Under the pieces are notes generated by a model that made no database searches, was not told where the DNA came from, and worked only from the letters and a program-made list of their open reading frames with translations. A program made the position numbers and the translations under genes. A DNA stretch of 64,000 bases, from positions 248,001 through 312,000 of the forward strand of contig BCKZ01000006.1 of NCBI GenBank assembly GCA_001600815.1, written 5' to 3'. How positions within the stretch are numbered: the stretch's first letter is position 1; every line of letters begins with the position of its first letter. Shown in pieces: positions 32,481-44,724 of the stretch. The stretch is from Alloascoidea hylecoeti. Taxonomy: Eukaryota.

Positions 32481-33866
32481 TTACCAACGTAACAAAGCCA
32501 TTTCATTTCTAAGTCTGTTGTAATCAAACAATCCTTCAATTGAACCATAAGCAGCAATAGAAAGATCTCTATCCCATAATTTATTTTGTGCCCATTTGGT
32601 AACAGTAGCAGGTGATTCTTCATCAATAAGTTTAAATAATTCAAGAACTGATGGACGACGACCAGAAGTAACGATCTTATTTCCGATATCATCAGCAACG
32701 GCCAAATTAGAATTGAAAGATGCTAATATAGCGGTCTTTAATTGAGCTTTAGCACGTTCAACTTGAGTTGGATCAACAGATGTAGATAGTCTATTCCATT
32801 GTTTTAAAGTAAAATGGGACAAATCGTCAATACTTAAAAGATTATCAGTTGCAACGGTAATACCCCATAAACCAGAATCTGTGTAAGAAGCAGAAAAGGA
32901 TTTGTAACTCTTAGCAAGATGGTTATCAGAAACAATTTGAGATAACGGAGAACTCAACAATCTTGAGCTTGGGGATGAAACATCATATTCTCCAATGATT
33001 GTCTTGGCAATTAAAGCAGTATAATAATCTGGAGAATTCAATGATGCACCATCAACAGCAAATGTAAAGTAAGCGATTGGAATAGTATCATCACGATCAC
33101 GTACTTCAGCACCTAAAAATGCTGGAGTTTCCAAAGGAGCAGATGCACCACCAGAAGGAATGGATGCTAACTTCTTTTCGGCTAGCTCGACCAAAGCTTC
33201 ATGTTCAATAGCACCAGATCCAACTAAAACAGTGTTTTCTGGAACGAAATTCTTCTTGTAAAATTTGTCAAGATCCATTTTTTCAATAGAAGGAATAACT
33301 TCCTTGTCACCTAAAACTGGTAAGCTTAATGATGAGCCTGGGAAAGCAACAGCATGAAGATGTTGTTGAATCAAGTATTCTGGGTTAGCATCAGCGGCTT
33401 CGGTAGCGGCGACAGCTTTTACTCTTTCTGAATAGATTTCTTGATCCTTGAATTCTGGATTTTTGTAGACATCAGCAAGTAAAGAAGTAGCAGCAATAAT
33501 GTTTTGTTTTGAAGCTTGTGTGTAGAAAGAGGAAACTTCCTTAGTAGTCTTGGAGCTGAATTGGGCACCGAGAGCTTCGGCTTCGGCTTCAAAAGCATTA
33601 GGAGATTTCGTTGGAGAACTCTTGTAAAAGACATGCTCCAGGACATTTGAGATACCATTGTTATATCTGTTTTCAGCACGGACACCGGCTTTGACCCAGA
33701 AACCTACGGTAGCAGTTTTGGCATAAGGATTGGCTTCGGTTGCAATGGTCAATCCGTTTGAAAGGGTTGTGCTCTTTGATGTTGAAGTAGCAGTGGACAA
33801 GGCACGGACGCCCTTCGAAGCAGCAGCAAATGTGCGAACAGATTTGACGGATTGGCTGCGAAGCAT
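32481..33866 (-). CDS. COR1: Cytochrome bc1 core subunit 1 (Cor1/Qcr1)
   Basis: M16-like fold: TTLSNGLTIATE, ENRYNNGISNVLEH (inactive, no HxxEH), FLGAEVRDRDDTIP, LKQWNRLS, RNEMALLRW. Confidence 0.93.
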   Translation of the reverse strand: MLRSQSVKSVRTFAAASKGVRALSTATSTSKSTTLSNGLTIATEANPYAKTATVGFWVKAGVRAENRYNNGISNVLEHVFYKSSPTKSPNAFEAEAEALGAQFSSKTTKEVSSFYTQASKQNIIAATSLLADVYKNPEFKDQEIYSERVKAVAATEAADANPEYLIQQHLHAVAFPGSSLSLPVLGDKEVIPSIEKMDLDKFYKKNFVPENTVLVGSGAIEHEALVELAEKKLASIPSGGASAPLETPAFLGAEVRDRDDTIPIAYFTFAVDGASLNSPDYYTALIAKTIIGEYDVSSPSSRLLSSPLSQIVSDNHLAKSYKSFSASYTDSGLWGITVATDNLLSIDDLSHFTLKQWNRLSTSVDPTQVERAKAQLKTAILASFNSNLAVADDIGNKIVTSGRRPSVLELFKLIDEESPATVTKWAQNKLWDRDLSIAAYGSIEGLFDYNRLRNEMALLRW

Positions 33867-33915
33867 TTCTGAGATGGTTTTTTGTGAAAACTAAGGTGGA
33901 AATCAGAAGTTGTGC

Positions 33916-33986
33916 CCAATGAAACTGTGTGTTCTGCTTTGGACCAATCACAGGCATCCAAATCTAAGGAAATGTCAAGCCACGTG
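33916..33986. promoter_or_regulatory. Two CCAAT boxes plus a CACGTG E-box upstream of COR1
   Basis: CCAAT at 33916 and 33944, CACGTG at 33981-33986. Confidence 0.4.
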
Positions 33987-34137
33987 AATATCACGTTTCG
34001 CATAAATTATATAATAAACATAACAATATATCAAATAACATAGTAGACGGCCAAATTTAATGCTCCCAATATATAAATCATAAAGACACAAAAAAGACAT
34101 ATGATTAACCCAAAATCAAACTGCATTTTCATATAAT

Positions 34138-35655
34138 TTATTCCAAAACTCTCAATCGCTCTTCTGGTTGTAATCCATGTTTTCTAATTAAATGCCGGCT
34201 AAGTTTTCTTGTACTACCTGTTTTATCTTTTGACATTAAAACTCCACAAATATCCCCTGATTCTTTGGTAACTTTACAATAAGCCTTTGAAGGATCATCT
34301 GGGAAGTCCATAAAGTATCTCCAAACCCAGCTATACCTATTTGGATGTGACATTGGGGAGGCATAAATCCTTTGAGTCGATGCATCTGAGTAAGCATTAT
34401 AAGGTCTTACTGAATTGTATACAGTTGATGGTTGTGATAAACCATTAACAGATGAATGATCGTCTGCAATTGATTGGTTTCCATTATCATTAAGAAGTCT
34501 AGGCAACCCAGGCCCATTGGCGGTTTGAGGGATCATTTGAGTGTATGACAAAGGGAAAGATCCATTCAAAACATCATTTTGAACAGTAGCAAAAATATTG
34601 GAATCGGTATGATCATCATCATATATACTAGAATCCATTAAATCATTATTAGAATTATTATTGTTGCTTTGGGAAGATGATGTTACAACAACACTTGATG
34701 ATGGAACGTTAACATGATCAGTTGAGCCCGTAGACTGATTTGATCCATTATTGTTGTGATTCTCATTCCCATAAATCTTGTGAACATTATTCAAGTGTCG
34801 AATGAAATTCTTTGTACTCTTGCTATGATCATAGGACATTGAACAACCACATGGTCCATCCCCATTGACACTTGGAGCGATGCATCTAACACGATCGTCT
34901 ACAGATTTATGAAAATAGTTCCAAACCCAACTTCGTTTTCTACTTTTCTTAATCGGACTTTCATCACTATTTCCGCCGTTGGGATGTTCCTTTCTTACCA
35001 AAGAAGTAGAATGGGGGGGTTTCGTTTTATGTTGTGGGGTGATGGTAGTTACTCCAGAAGACTTGCGATGTTTTTTGGGTTTAGCACCAAAGGCAATCTC
35101 ACTATTAATATATCTAGTGGGGACAGTTTCATCCTTGCTAAATGTAGCTCCACAAGCCCTACAGCGGAGTAGGGTCGGGTCCTTGGGATGCTCTTCAAAC
35201 AATACCCAGATCCAACTAGAATGGCCGATCTCTGACCTTTTAAACCGATGAGCCTGTTCCAAATGCCTTGAAAAAGATAAGAGAGTTCCTTCTCCTGTCG
35301 GGACATTGCCGAATCTGCGATTGTCAGAAACAACTGCGTTGCAAATTACCTTAAAAGTGTCATCGGGGTCCACGGTGAAGTAATTCCAAACCCAGCTGCG
35401 TTTTGAAGGCCCGTTTGTGTTCGGGACTAACTGGGACTTATCAGGGGCCACAATATGATGTTTTGTGGCTAGATGTCGGATGAGATTTTTGGTACTACGT
35501 GACTTATCTCGTTGGAGGACCCGTCCACAAGGGCCAGAATGCCCTTGCGAAGGGAGTTGTGACTGCGGGCCACTATCAACCTGGTTATGGCCCTGGCTGA
35601 CCTGGCTGCCCTGGGTTGAAAACATGTCGACTCCAGACTCGTCCTCAATATTCAT
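34138..35655 (-). CDS. Multi-BED zinc-finger protein (505 aa; two complete and three partial BED units)
   Basis: Repeated SW(V/I)WxxF...C...C...ST..LxRHLxxxH signature; low-complexity N/S linkers; no hAT catalytic or dimerisation domain recognised. Confidence 0.85.
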   Translation of the reverse strand: MNIEDESGVDMFSTQGSQVSQGHNQVDSGPQSQLPSQGHSGPCGRVLQRDKSRSTKNLIRHLATKHHIVAPDKSQLVPNTNGPSKRSWVWNYFTVDPDDTFKVICNAVVSDNRRFGNVPTGEGTLLSFSRHLEQAHRFKRSEIGHSSWIWVLFEEHPKDPTLLRCRACGATFSKDETVPTRYINSEIAFGAKPKKHRKSSGVTTITPQHKTKPPHSTSLVRKEHPNGGNSDESPIKKSRKRSWVWNYFHKSVDDRVRCIAPSVNGDGPCGCSMSYDHSKSTKNFIRHLNNVHKIYGNENHNNNGSNQSTGSTDHVNVPSSSVVVTSSSQSNNNNSNNDLMDSSIYDDDHTDSNIFATVQNDVLNGSFPLSYTQMIPQTANGPGLPRLLNDNGNQSIADDHSSVNGLSQPSTVYNSVRPYNAYSDASTQRIYASPMSHPNRYSWVWRYFMDFPDDPSKAYCKVTKESGDICGVLMSKDKTGSTRKLSRHLIRKHGLQPEERLRVLE

Positions 35656-36038
35656 CGTGTAAATTATATACGCAAATTCTTTTTGCCCTGGCTGGTTCGA
35701 TTTTTGCCGTTCTTGAGAACGTTTCCTTGAGAAGTTTCAAAGTAGAAAGTGCCTGTTTTTTAAAAGTGAGTGTTCTCTGTTCTCTGGCCTGACCTTTATT
35801 TATTATATTCTTCTTAATCAGCAGAGCCTCGGCGAAGATCTGACCCGAACATCAGAACACCCGAAAACTCACTCTCCCATCGGGTCGCCGGTCGCTCGTT
35901 CCCATGGATACTATGAAAACATCTTATCTTACATTTACATACATAATAAACTATATATGCTGCGATATACAAAATTAATTATAAGTTCGAATGAAAAACA
36001 AATTTAAATCAAAAAAAAATATATATATAAATAGAATT

Positions 36039-39000
36039 CTAAGGCTTGAAGCGATATATTGGTAAATCAATCACTGATGTCCCGTTGATTTTGCCCTTAG
36101 GCGGCCGTCCTCGTTTGCGTCGTGAAAAAATCACAGACCTCTCTTTTTTCATATCGTCACTGTTTTCTCCTTCATAATTGTCTTCACTATCCTTTTCCTT
36201 TTCAATGTCTGACGAATTTCCATCAGGTAATTGTTCAGGTACTTTAACATCTGACTCGGCACTTGGCTTTGTATCTGTCTTTTTTGTTGCAGCCGTCTTT
36301 TTTACTGTCTCTGTATTCCCCGTTCTTTTAACTCTCTTTCGTGCCCGAGTAGAATGTTTCATGTTCCCATTATTAGGACCACTCGTAGATTCATTCTTCT
36401 TGACTCGCGCGACATTAATTGGAACAAAAGATCCTGATGCTCGTTTTTTAGAAGCAACCGTTGAAGGTATGTCTATTTTATTTGCTAAAGTATCTTTTTT
36501 TGGAGTTGCACTACTTGATCCATTCAATTTTGTAATCTTCGTATCAGTTTTAGGTGGGGTTTGCTTTTCTTCGGCAATATCTAAAGATTTCAACGTATTT
36601 TCACTATCTTTTCTGTTTTCAGCATCTAATTCTGTTCTTAGAATTTTATTCGACTTATTGGTGCTTGTATTAGCTTTCGATGAGTCTTGTTCTTCTTCTT
36701 CTTCTTCTTCTTCGTCAGATAATTTAATTGGTGGTAATGCTTCTCTCACTACATCATATGTTTTTGTTGAAGGTGATATACTTCCTGTTCTCGGTATTTT
36801 AGGTGGTGGAAATAGGGGTGGTGATTCCAATTCTGGTGATTCTGACGAATTTGTTGTTTGTGGAGTTTGCAATTGTAAATGAGATTGAAATGATGGAAGG
36901 TGATACTGACCATAAGTCTGATTTGGAATTGCTTGTTGTAAATTATATTGTGGTTGACCTACAACATGTAAAAGTTGTGGTGGTGATCCATCAGATCCAG
37001 GAATAATAAATTGTTGAATTGGTCCACCCATAGTAAGTGGTGGTAATTGCCTAGACATTTGTTCTTGTTGTAGTCGTTGTTGTTCTTCAGAATTTGGAAG
37101 TGGATATTGCATTATTGGCAAAACAGTCTGACCATTTACTTGCATTGGATAAGAATGAATAATTTGATTGCCTCCCTGTTGTCCTGAATTTGGAAATAAA
37201 TATGGACTGAAAATGGTACCAGAACTTGTTTGAGTTTGTGATTGTTGAAGTGGTGGAAGAATTAGAGGAGTACCAGGTGATCCATTGGAAAGGACAATAG
37301 GGACTCCTTGTGGTGTTTGTAATTGACGCGGAGACTGTGAATTGTTAAACTGTGGCCAAACTTGAATATTACTTGTATGTGGAGTAAAAGGTAATGTAGA
37401 ATCACCATTTTTTGTAACACCATTTCTAGATGATTCAACATTACCGGAGTTAAATTTCGAGGTTGATTCTATTTCGGTTTCATGATGAGTAATCTGAGGA
37501 ACTCTTGGTGGTCTTCCGCGTCTAACAAAACTATTTGGAACATTTGGATCAAAAACACCAGTCATTGGAACGCTCTTCCTTGGCCTTTGTTGTTTTTTGG
37601 GTGGAGTTTTCTTATCTGTTGAAGATGATCCTGAAGTGTTCGCTTTACCTGGAGGTCTTCCTCTACGTTTTTTAATAGTTGTTGGTGTTTGATTAGATGG
37701 ATCACCAACCGCTGGATCAGAATTTAAAAGATCATTTATCCCCATTGTAACACCTCTACGCCGTTTTCCATAACGATTTAAAAAATCATCTTTTTTTGAA
37801 TTTGTGCTATTTTGATTATCAGAACTTGCCTTAGATTTATATCGATAAGTGGATACGATATCATTCATAGACGACGAAGTACCGACTTGTTGATTTGAGT
37901 TTGTAATCTTCTTGTTCTTATAAATAGTGTTCCGATTTTTACTATTATTATCTGTGTCTATCATATCCACTTGATCTAAAAAATATTTTTTTTTAGTGAC
38001 TTTATTATTTTGAATTTGAATTTCATTAATCGTATTATTAGTATTATTATTATTTTCATCATCAATTTTATTAACATCAAAAATTGTCTTTTTATTTTTC
38101 CCCTTTTTACGTTTATTTTTATTATTTTTATTTGAAATTTGTTTTTTGGTCTTTCCAGTTAAATCATTATCCATTTCAACATCAACATCAGTTGAAGATT
38201 CTTTATTAAATTTTCTTAAATGAATTTCTTCATCACCAACTGTAATTAATGTTTCTGATGAATCATCTGCAATATCTTCCATTTCTACATCATTATCATT
38301 TTTTTGAATCTCAGGTGCACTTGATTGATCACTTAATGTTTTAACAATTTCACCGACTGCTTCTTCTGCTAAGATTGATCTTCGAGTACTTCTTCGTCTT
38401 GATGTATTAGAAACTGCAAACATATCAATTTCAAGACTTTTAATCGCACGTGGTAAAGATGTTGTTGGAATAATTGAAGTAGAATTAGTTGGAGTTGGAG
38501 AATTTTGATGATTAGGAATAAGGTTTGGAGTATGCGTTGATATGAGATAATTATCTATTACCAAGTGATTATTATTACCATTGTAAATGTTTGTGTCTGG
38601 AGATGATTCATTTTGTTTTAAAAATTTGGATGATGACGAACTTCTTGATTTTGTAACTTTTTTAGATGAAGTTGAAGGTTTTAAGGATTTTGAAACGTTT
38701 TTTCCTTTAGGTTGAGGAGTTGAAATTTTTGGAGTATTTCTTTTAAATCCTTTAATTTCTAAGGTTATTCTTCTTCTTATTTTTTTAACAGATTCTATAT
38801 CTTTAGGAGTGGGTGTAGGAGTTGAATTAGCGGATTTCGAAACTTTTGAAGATTTTTGAGTTGATTTAGCTTTCAATATCGGAGCATTTGAAAGTTTTGA
38901 TTTTTGTTTTGATTTAGGAGATTTTGAAGCTTTTGAAGTTGAAGGAGATGATTTTTTTGAACTTTCAGGTATTGGATTATTTATATATCCATTAACTTTT

Positions 39001-40407
39001 GAATTGCTATGTCCTTCAACTTTTAAATTATTATGTTTAATAATATTCTTTTTGGAATCAATTGGTAAAGAATGTTCTTTAGATTGTTCTTTTGAATAAG
39101 AACTTCTTTTCCCAATAGTACCTCTACAATTAGTAGCACCACAAAAGCAAGGTTGTGGATCAGCCCCTTCAAACCAGTCAAAATTATAATCATAGGTAAT
39201 TTCTTCACCTAATGAAACACCATTTAAACCAGCAAATAAACCAATCCTCGGTTCCCCATTGACATACCATTTTTGCATTTCAGCATTGGGATTACAACTA
39301 TGATTAGCAAATCTTGCAACACTACCTCTTGCACCTGAATCGATAACATAACCTTTTTCAAAACTTAAGAAATAATAATTTGTTACACCTGCATATTTCA
39401 ATCTTAGTCTTTTTTCAATTTCATCTTGAGATATAACATCACCAGTATACTCTACAATTAATTCACCGGGATCATAAGTTCTAATAGCTCGTAAACCATA
39501 ACCTTTTGGACCGTACCAAATAATTTCAAAACCGTTTGCATATAACTTTCCTTGGGCTAAATTTTTTGTCAGGGTTTGGAAATGCCTATTACCACAATTT
39601 TTATCTCCAAGTGGACATGTAGCTTCATCGCATTCATATTGTAGCATACTATAATAAATGTTAGCAAAAATAAGTGGACATTATGGTAAGCGCTAGCTCA
39701 AAAAACAATATGAACGCGTTTTAATATATGAATAAATTAATAAATAAATGAAAAAGAAAGGATGAACAAATTTTAGCTTACCGATTAAGACAATCCTCCC
39801 CACAGGCCTCTTTACAGATACAACTAGGCCTATCTTCTTTACTTACCTTAAAATGTTGGCAATACCAGGCATTTTTTTTCAAAGGTCTCCATTTCAATAC
39901 TTTTCTTTCACCATCAAGAGATGGACCGTAAATATTCCAAGGCAGATGAAAATCCGAATTTTTATTGATTAGTTTTCGATTTACAGGCAAAGGGAAGGTA
40001 AAAGGTTGGGGTTTTGAATTGCTAGCATGGGAGTGAAGGCCGGCCATAAGTATTAATTTTCTCCTTGGTGCAGGTTTTTCGTGTTCCTTTTCGGTCTCAT
40101 CGCCAGGCCCAGGAGCCATAAAATGGGCTTGGGTGTGGGGATGGACACGTGAGTGGACGGACAGGGAAATTTCATCGACGGCCTCGGACAGGAACTTCCC
40201 ACGAGGAACGGGAGACTCATTCAAGAAGCTGTGGATCACGTGCGCGGACCTCTCCATTGTGTGTTTTCGGAGGACACGAGGCTCGCCTTCGACGGGGGGC
40301 AGGGGCGACCAGCCGGCCAGGTGCCACTCGGGGCTGTTGCTCCGTCGGGACCTCCGGGCGGGGTTCTTGTGGGGGACAACAGTCGGACTTTTGTTGCGCA
40401 CACCCAT
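36039..40407 (-). CDS. ASH1-like histone H3K36 methyltransferase (AWS-SET-postSET) with AT-hook-like motifs; exons 40407-39782, 39648-36039
   Basis: Splicing joins CICKEACGEDCLNR|MLQYECDEATCPLGDKNCGNRHF (AWS). SET motifs KGYGLRA, EYTGDVI, ARFANHSCNPNAEMQKW, EITYDYNF; postSET CFCGATNCRG; pre-AWS FPLP...DFHLPWNI...WRPLKKN as in fungal Ash1; RRGRPP-like motifs three times. Confidence 0.85.
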
Positions 40408-40692
40408 CTTCAAGTTAAGTGAAGAGGAAGGAGAAAAACAGCAAGGAGGGAAAAAGACGCGGGGGTGCACGGTGGTACCCACTTACCTAACCTATATCTT
40501 CACGTGCACGTGGTATCTTATATCGGTATACAACTTGTAGATTTGGGTTATTGTCCCTTTCCTCCTCCTCTTCTTCTTTCTCCTGAGAAAGCAATTGCTG
40601 GTTTCTAGGCACCACTCCCAATCGCATTCCTACAGTTATCTTCCATCTACATACCTCTACCCATACACAACATCACTCAAGTTGTGCCCAAT

Positions 40693-41714
40693 ATGTCACT
40701 TAGACCCACCCATGATGACCCAAGACAGCATCAGAGGGAATATAACCATCATGATATGAAAAGAAGATGTAAAAAACCAGGTTTGGAAGACAGAATTTAT
40801 TTGAATGTTCCAACTGCTAGGTCTTATCCCAGCGATAGAGAAGATAAGAAGTATCACCTTCATCATCACGATAGAAATTATAAAACATCTAAAAGTTTCA
40901 ATAATCCTACATTTCCTTCTAGACCTAGAGAGTTAAATGATCAAAAATACACTGCTACTCGTGAAACTTCAAATTCAAATTCAGGTTCAATTTGGTCACA
41001 ACGTGAATCGCGTACAATTTTTATCGAAAGACTTCCAAAAGAGGTAACCTGGAAAGATATTAGGAGGTTTTTTCAAGATATTGGTTATTTAAATCACTTA
41101 ATTATAATGAATAATGATGATACTATAAATCCTTTAAAACCCGTTTCAAAGGCTTATGCTGAATTTAGAGATATTGAATCTGTTAGAAAAGCTGTACGTT
41201 TATCTGGTCATAGATTACATGGAACAAAAATAATTGTTGAAGCTGCTCAAATTCCTTTTCGTAATTTAAATTCTGATAAACCTCCAATTTCTATTACACC
41301 AAGATGGTTTGTAGGAGTATCTATCGATTATTATTCTGTACATGTTAATAATATTCCTTATACGATGAATGAAGATGAGTTACGTTCTCAAGTTAAAGAA
41401 TGGGGGAAACCTAAAGAAATTGTTATATTTAGAGATGCTAAACATAATTCTCTAGGATTTGGAAAAATAAAGTATGTTCAAAATTAACACAAAATTTAAT
41501 AGTACAATTAAATTAACTAAGTTAATGATTATTTTTTCTTAATAGATTTTTGGAACAAAAAAGTGCTGAAAAAGCATTAAGTGTTCGATTGAGAATAGAT
41601 GATAGAGATTTAAGAACTGCTATTGTTCGTTATCATGATCCTAATGAATTTAATAATAAACATAGATTTTCATCTTCAAGATCTTATAATAAGAATAGAA
41701 ATTACTGGAGATGA
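40693..41714 (+). CDS. Two-RRM RNA-binding protein, RBM39/Rsd1-like, diverged; exons 40693-41471, 41546-41714
   Basis: R/D/H-rich N-terminus, RRM1 QRESRTIFIERL...AYAEF....V.KAV.LSG.RL.G.KIIV, RRM2 SVHVNNIPY..NEDEL...SLGFGKIK|F....AEKAL. Intron GTATGT..ACTAA..TAG is in frame. Confidence 0.7.
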
Positions 41715-42239
41715 ATTCATAATAAATCAAAAGATGGTGGTAATGGTGGTAATGGTGATCATGAGAATTAAAAATACTAATAAAACTAGCTTCAAAAATG
41801 GATTAATTAAAATTTTAGAAAAAGATCTTACGATAGCTAGGTAAGTAAGAAAATTTACAATAAAACAATTCCAATTGAAGTTTTTCATTTTTTTCAAATC
41901 TAACCAGTATTCCAATTCTTTTAAATTAGGTGTACTTGGAAAAAAGTACTAAGATTATAAAACTAAAAGATAATTTAGTTATAACTACTTCGATATATGA
42001 TAATATTAATGCATCCCTTATAATTAGCTATATAATCATATAACAACGCTGTAAATATTGCTTAGGCTTATTTAGGTCTATAATTAGATTCAAAAGATGA
42101 TTGTAATGTTAAATATTACAATTAACAGTACTGTTAGATATCACAATAATTATGAACCCCACTCTAAAGTGGAGAATCTTACATTAAACTAAATTATATA
42201 CTGCTTTTTAAAATCTAAATTTTATTCAACTTTCAAATG

Positions 42240-44724
42240 TTATTGAGTTGTAACATAAGTTGAATTTCCTCGTACCCATTGTTTTGCAATCTCGTCTTTT
42301 CTTTTTATCCCAGAACCCCATATACCCATTGACCAAAAATGTGAATCTGCCAAAGTTGGAGGTAGATCTTTTTTATCTTTTTCTTTTAATAATTTTGATG
42401 ACTTTAAATTTGGTGATAATTGTGATGCAAAAGAACCTTTTATTGAAATCTCCTCATTTTCATTAGATTTAATTTCTTTTAAATTTATATTTAATTTTGT
42501 GTTTTTTAATTCTTCTTCTTCTTCCCATGGTCTCATATTTAAATCCATTGGTTTCCATTTCTGACTTTCCCACCATATTTTAGAACCAGTCATTTCTTTA
42601 ATTCTTGAAATTGCACGTTTAAATGCAAATTTTTCATCTTCACCAGTAAAAGCAGAAACATTAGCAAAATTACTTTTTATTTGTTTTTTTGAATTTTTAA
42701 CTTCTTCTTCATGATCACCAATTGAATCATATGAAGAAACATTTGGTCTATATGGATTTTCTGAATCAATATGAGCTCTTGCAATTGTTTCTTGAGTTGT
42801 TGAATCAACTGTATTATGATCTAATTGTTCATCTGGTGCATCAGGGAAAAATAAATCATCTGGTTTTGAATGACATCTTAATATTAAACGACATTTCGAT
42901 TCATATAAACTATCAATAAGTGATATAAATCTTCTTGCATCTGGTTTCATTGATGATTTTAAAATAGGAACATCATCAATTATAAAAGTATGATAATTAG
43001 ATGATAATGTAATATAATCAGCTGAAGCTAAAGGTCTTTGACATATTTGTTCAAATGTAAATGCTGCTACTCCATCTAATGCCCAAGGAACCATCACTTT
43101 TCTTCCATAAACATTGAAATATTCTACCTTACCAGAATTTGGATCTTTAATAATATTTGATAATTTTGAAAACCATTCTTTATTTGTCTGTTCTAGTATT
43201 TGATCATCTTTCTTGATTACAATGTATGGAAATGAATAGTGACTTTTCATATTATCATTTATATCTTCATTCGATAAAATTACTCTATAATCATTCCCAC
43301 TATTCATATTATAAGAATTACATCTTGATAATAAAATGTTATAGAAGGACTGAAATCTATCCTTTTTGAAATCAGTTGCATATAATTCTTTTTGTTAGAG
43401 TTAGTAAAAATATATGAATAAATTAATATTAATGAGACGTATATGACATACCTTCAGGCAGTCTATTAGATGTAGACACTAATACACCTCCTAATTTAAA
43501 GAAATATGTAAATAATAACTTGACGATGTTTGCAGCAGCTCTATAAAATATTGAGAGGTTAGTAAAGAATAATTAATTTCATGTAAGTGAATATAACTTA
43601 TAATTACATGTCTGGAAGCATAAATTCATCAATAATTAGTATAGTACTTTTATCAACTAATCTATGAGCAATTTCTAATAAGATGAAATCTTGTTCTGAA
43701 CGCCATGACATTTCACCATATGGATCAAGTTTTTTCCTTTCTTTTGTTATTTGATGAATTAACCCATATATTGATAACATAAAGTTGTTATAATGCCATC
43801 TTTTCTTTGATTGATTAGGAAGACTTTCTGCAAATATATCCATTAATAAAGATTTCCCACAGCCTCTTTTCAAAGCAAGTTAGAATAAATAATTTTCTTT
43901 TATAGATCATTTAAAATTGACTTGACTTACACATCTCCATGTAACTATAAATTAAATATTAATAAATATTTTCATGAATAATAATTAAATTCAATGAATA
44001 TAATCTTACCATTAGTCCTTGTGGTGATGGGAAATTTTTTAATTCTTCTTCACTAGATATCACTTTAACTAAATCTGTACTTTCTTTTGATCTAAACCAA
44101 TTCCAACTATCTTGCCCTGCTTTTCTCTCCTAGATTCCCAAATATATGATTAATCACAATGTGAATTTAAACAGTTAATGTCATAATTTTCATACCTCAA
44201 CAGCGGCGGTAAGTTCTTTGATCCTTCTTTTCAAATTGACAGGAGGTTTATAGTCTTTTACCTGATAGTAAAGTTTCTGGAATCTATATTTTGTTGTTAG
44301 ATTAATATTGTCAGATTTGTGCTGTACTGTGATAGTAGATATTTCTTATTACTTACTCCACCGCAGCTCTATATTGTGCATCATCATGTCGTAATAACCC
44401 TCTAGCTAGATAACTTTTATACAAGATCAAAGGATCTGTAATTGCTAGCATTTGTTGTCCACGTTCACGTTCACGTTCACCATTATAGTTTGACTTTGTT
44501 GAAAGCTTCCTCGTATATCTTAAGCTTAAAGAAACTTGAATACTTCTCCTATTTGGGTGAATGAAGGTTCTGCAATTCCCTTTGGAATAAGTTTGATGAT
44601 CATGATGATAATTTCTTGAGTGGCTAGTTGTTGCTATTAACGACCATGAGCTTAAGGTGAATGATAATAAACATCGATAACCTAACCACTTTTTCTGATT
44701 TTTAATTTGTAAAATAGTTGTCAT
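42240..44724 (-). CDS. AFG1: Mitochondrial AFG1/LACE1-family ATPase; exons 44724-44357, 44283-44196, 44129-44010, 43944-43931, 43865-43608, 43540-43452, 43387-42240
   Basis: Spliced product has PQGLMLHGDVGCGKSLLMDIF (Walker A), KKRWHYNNFM, IIDEFMLPDI (Walker B), VSTSNRLPEELY, PLASADY, ARRFISLIDSLYE, GEDEKFAFKRAISR. All six introns keep the frame. Start could be 44724 or a later ATG; the paralogue subgroup is unresolved. Confidence 0.88.

Noticed and set aside
35690..35710. GGTTCGATT B-box/T-loop-like word
   Set aside because: No cloverleaf or A-box; not a tRNA.
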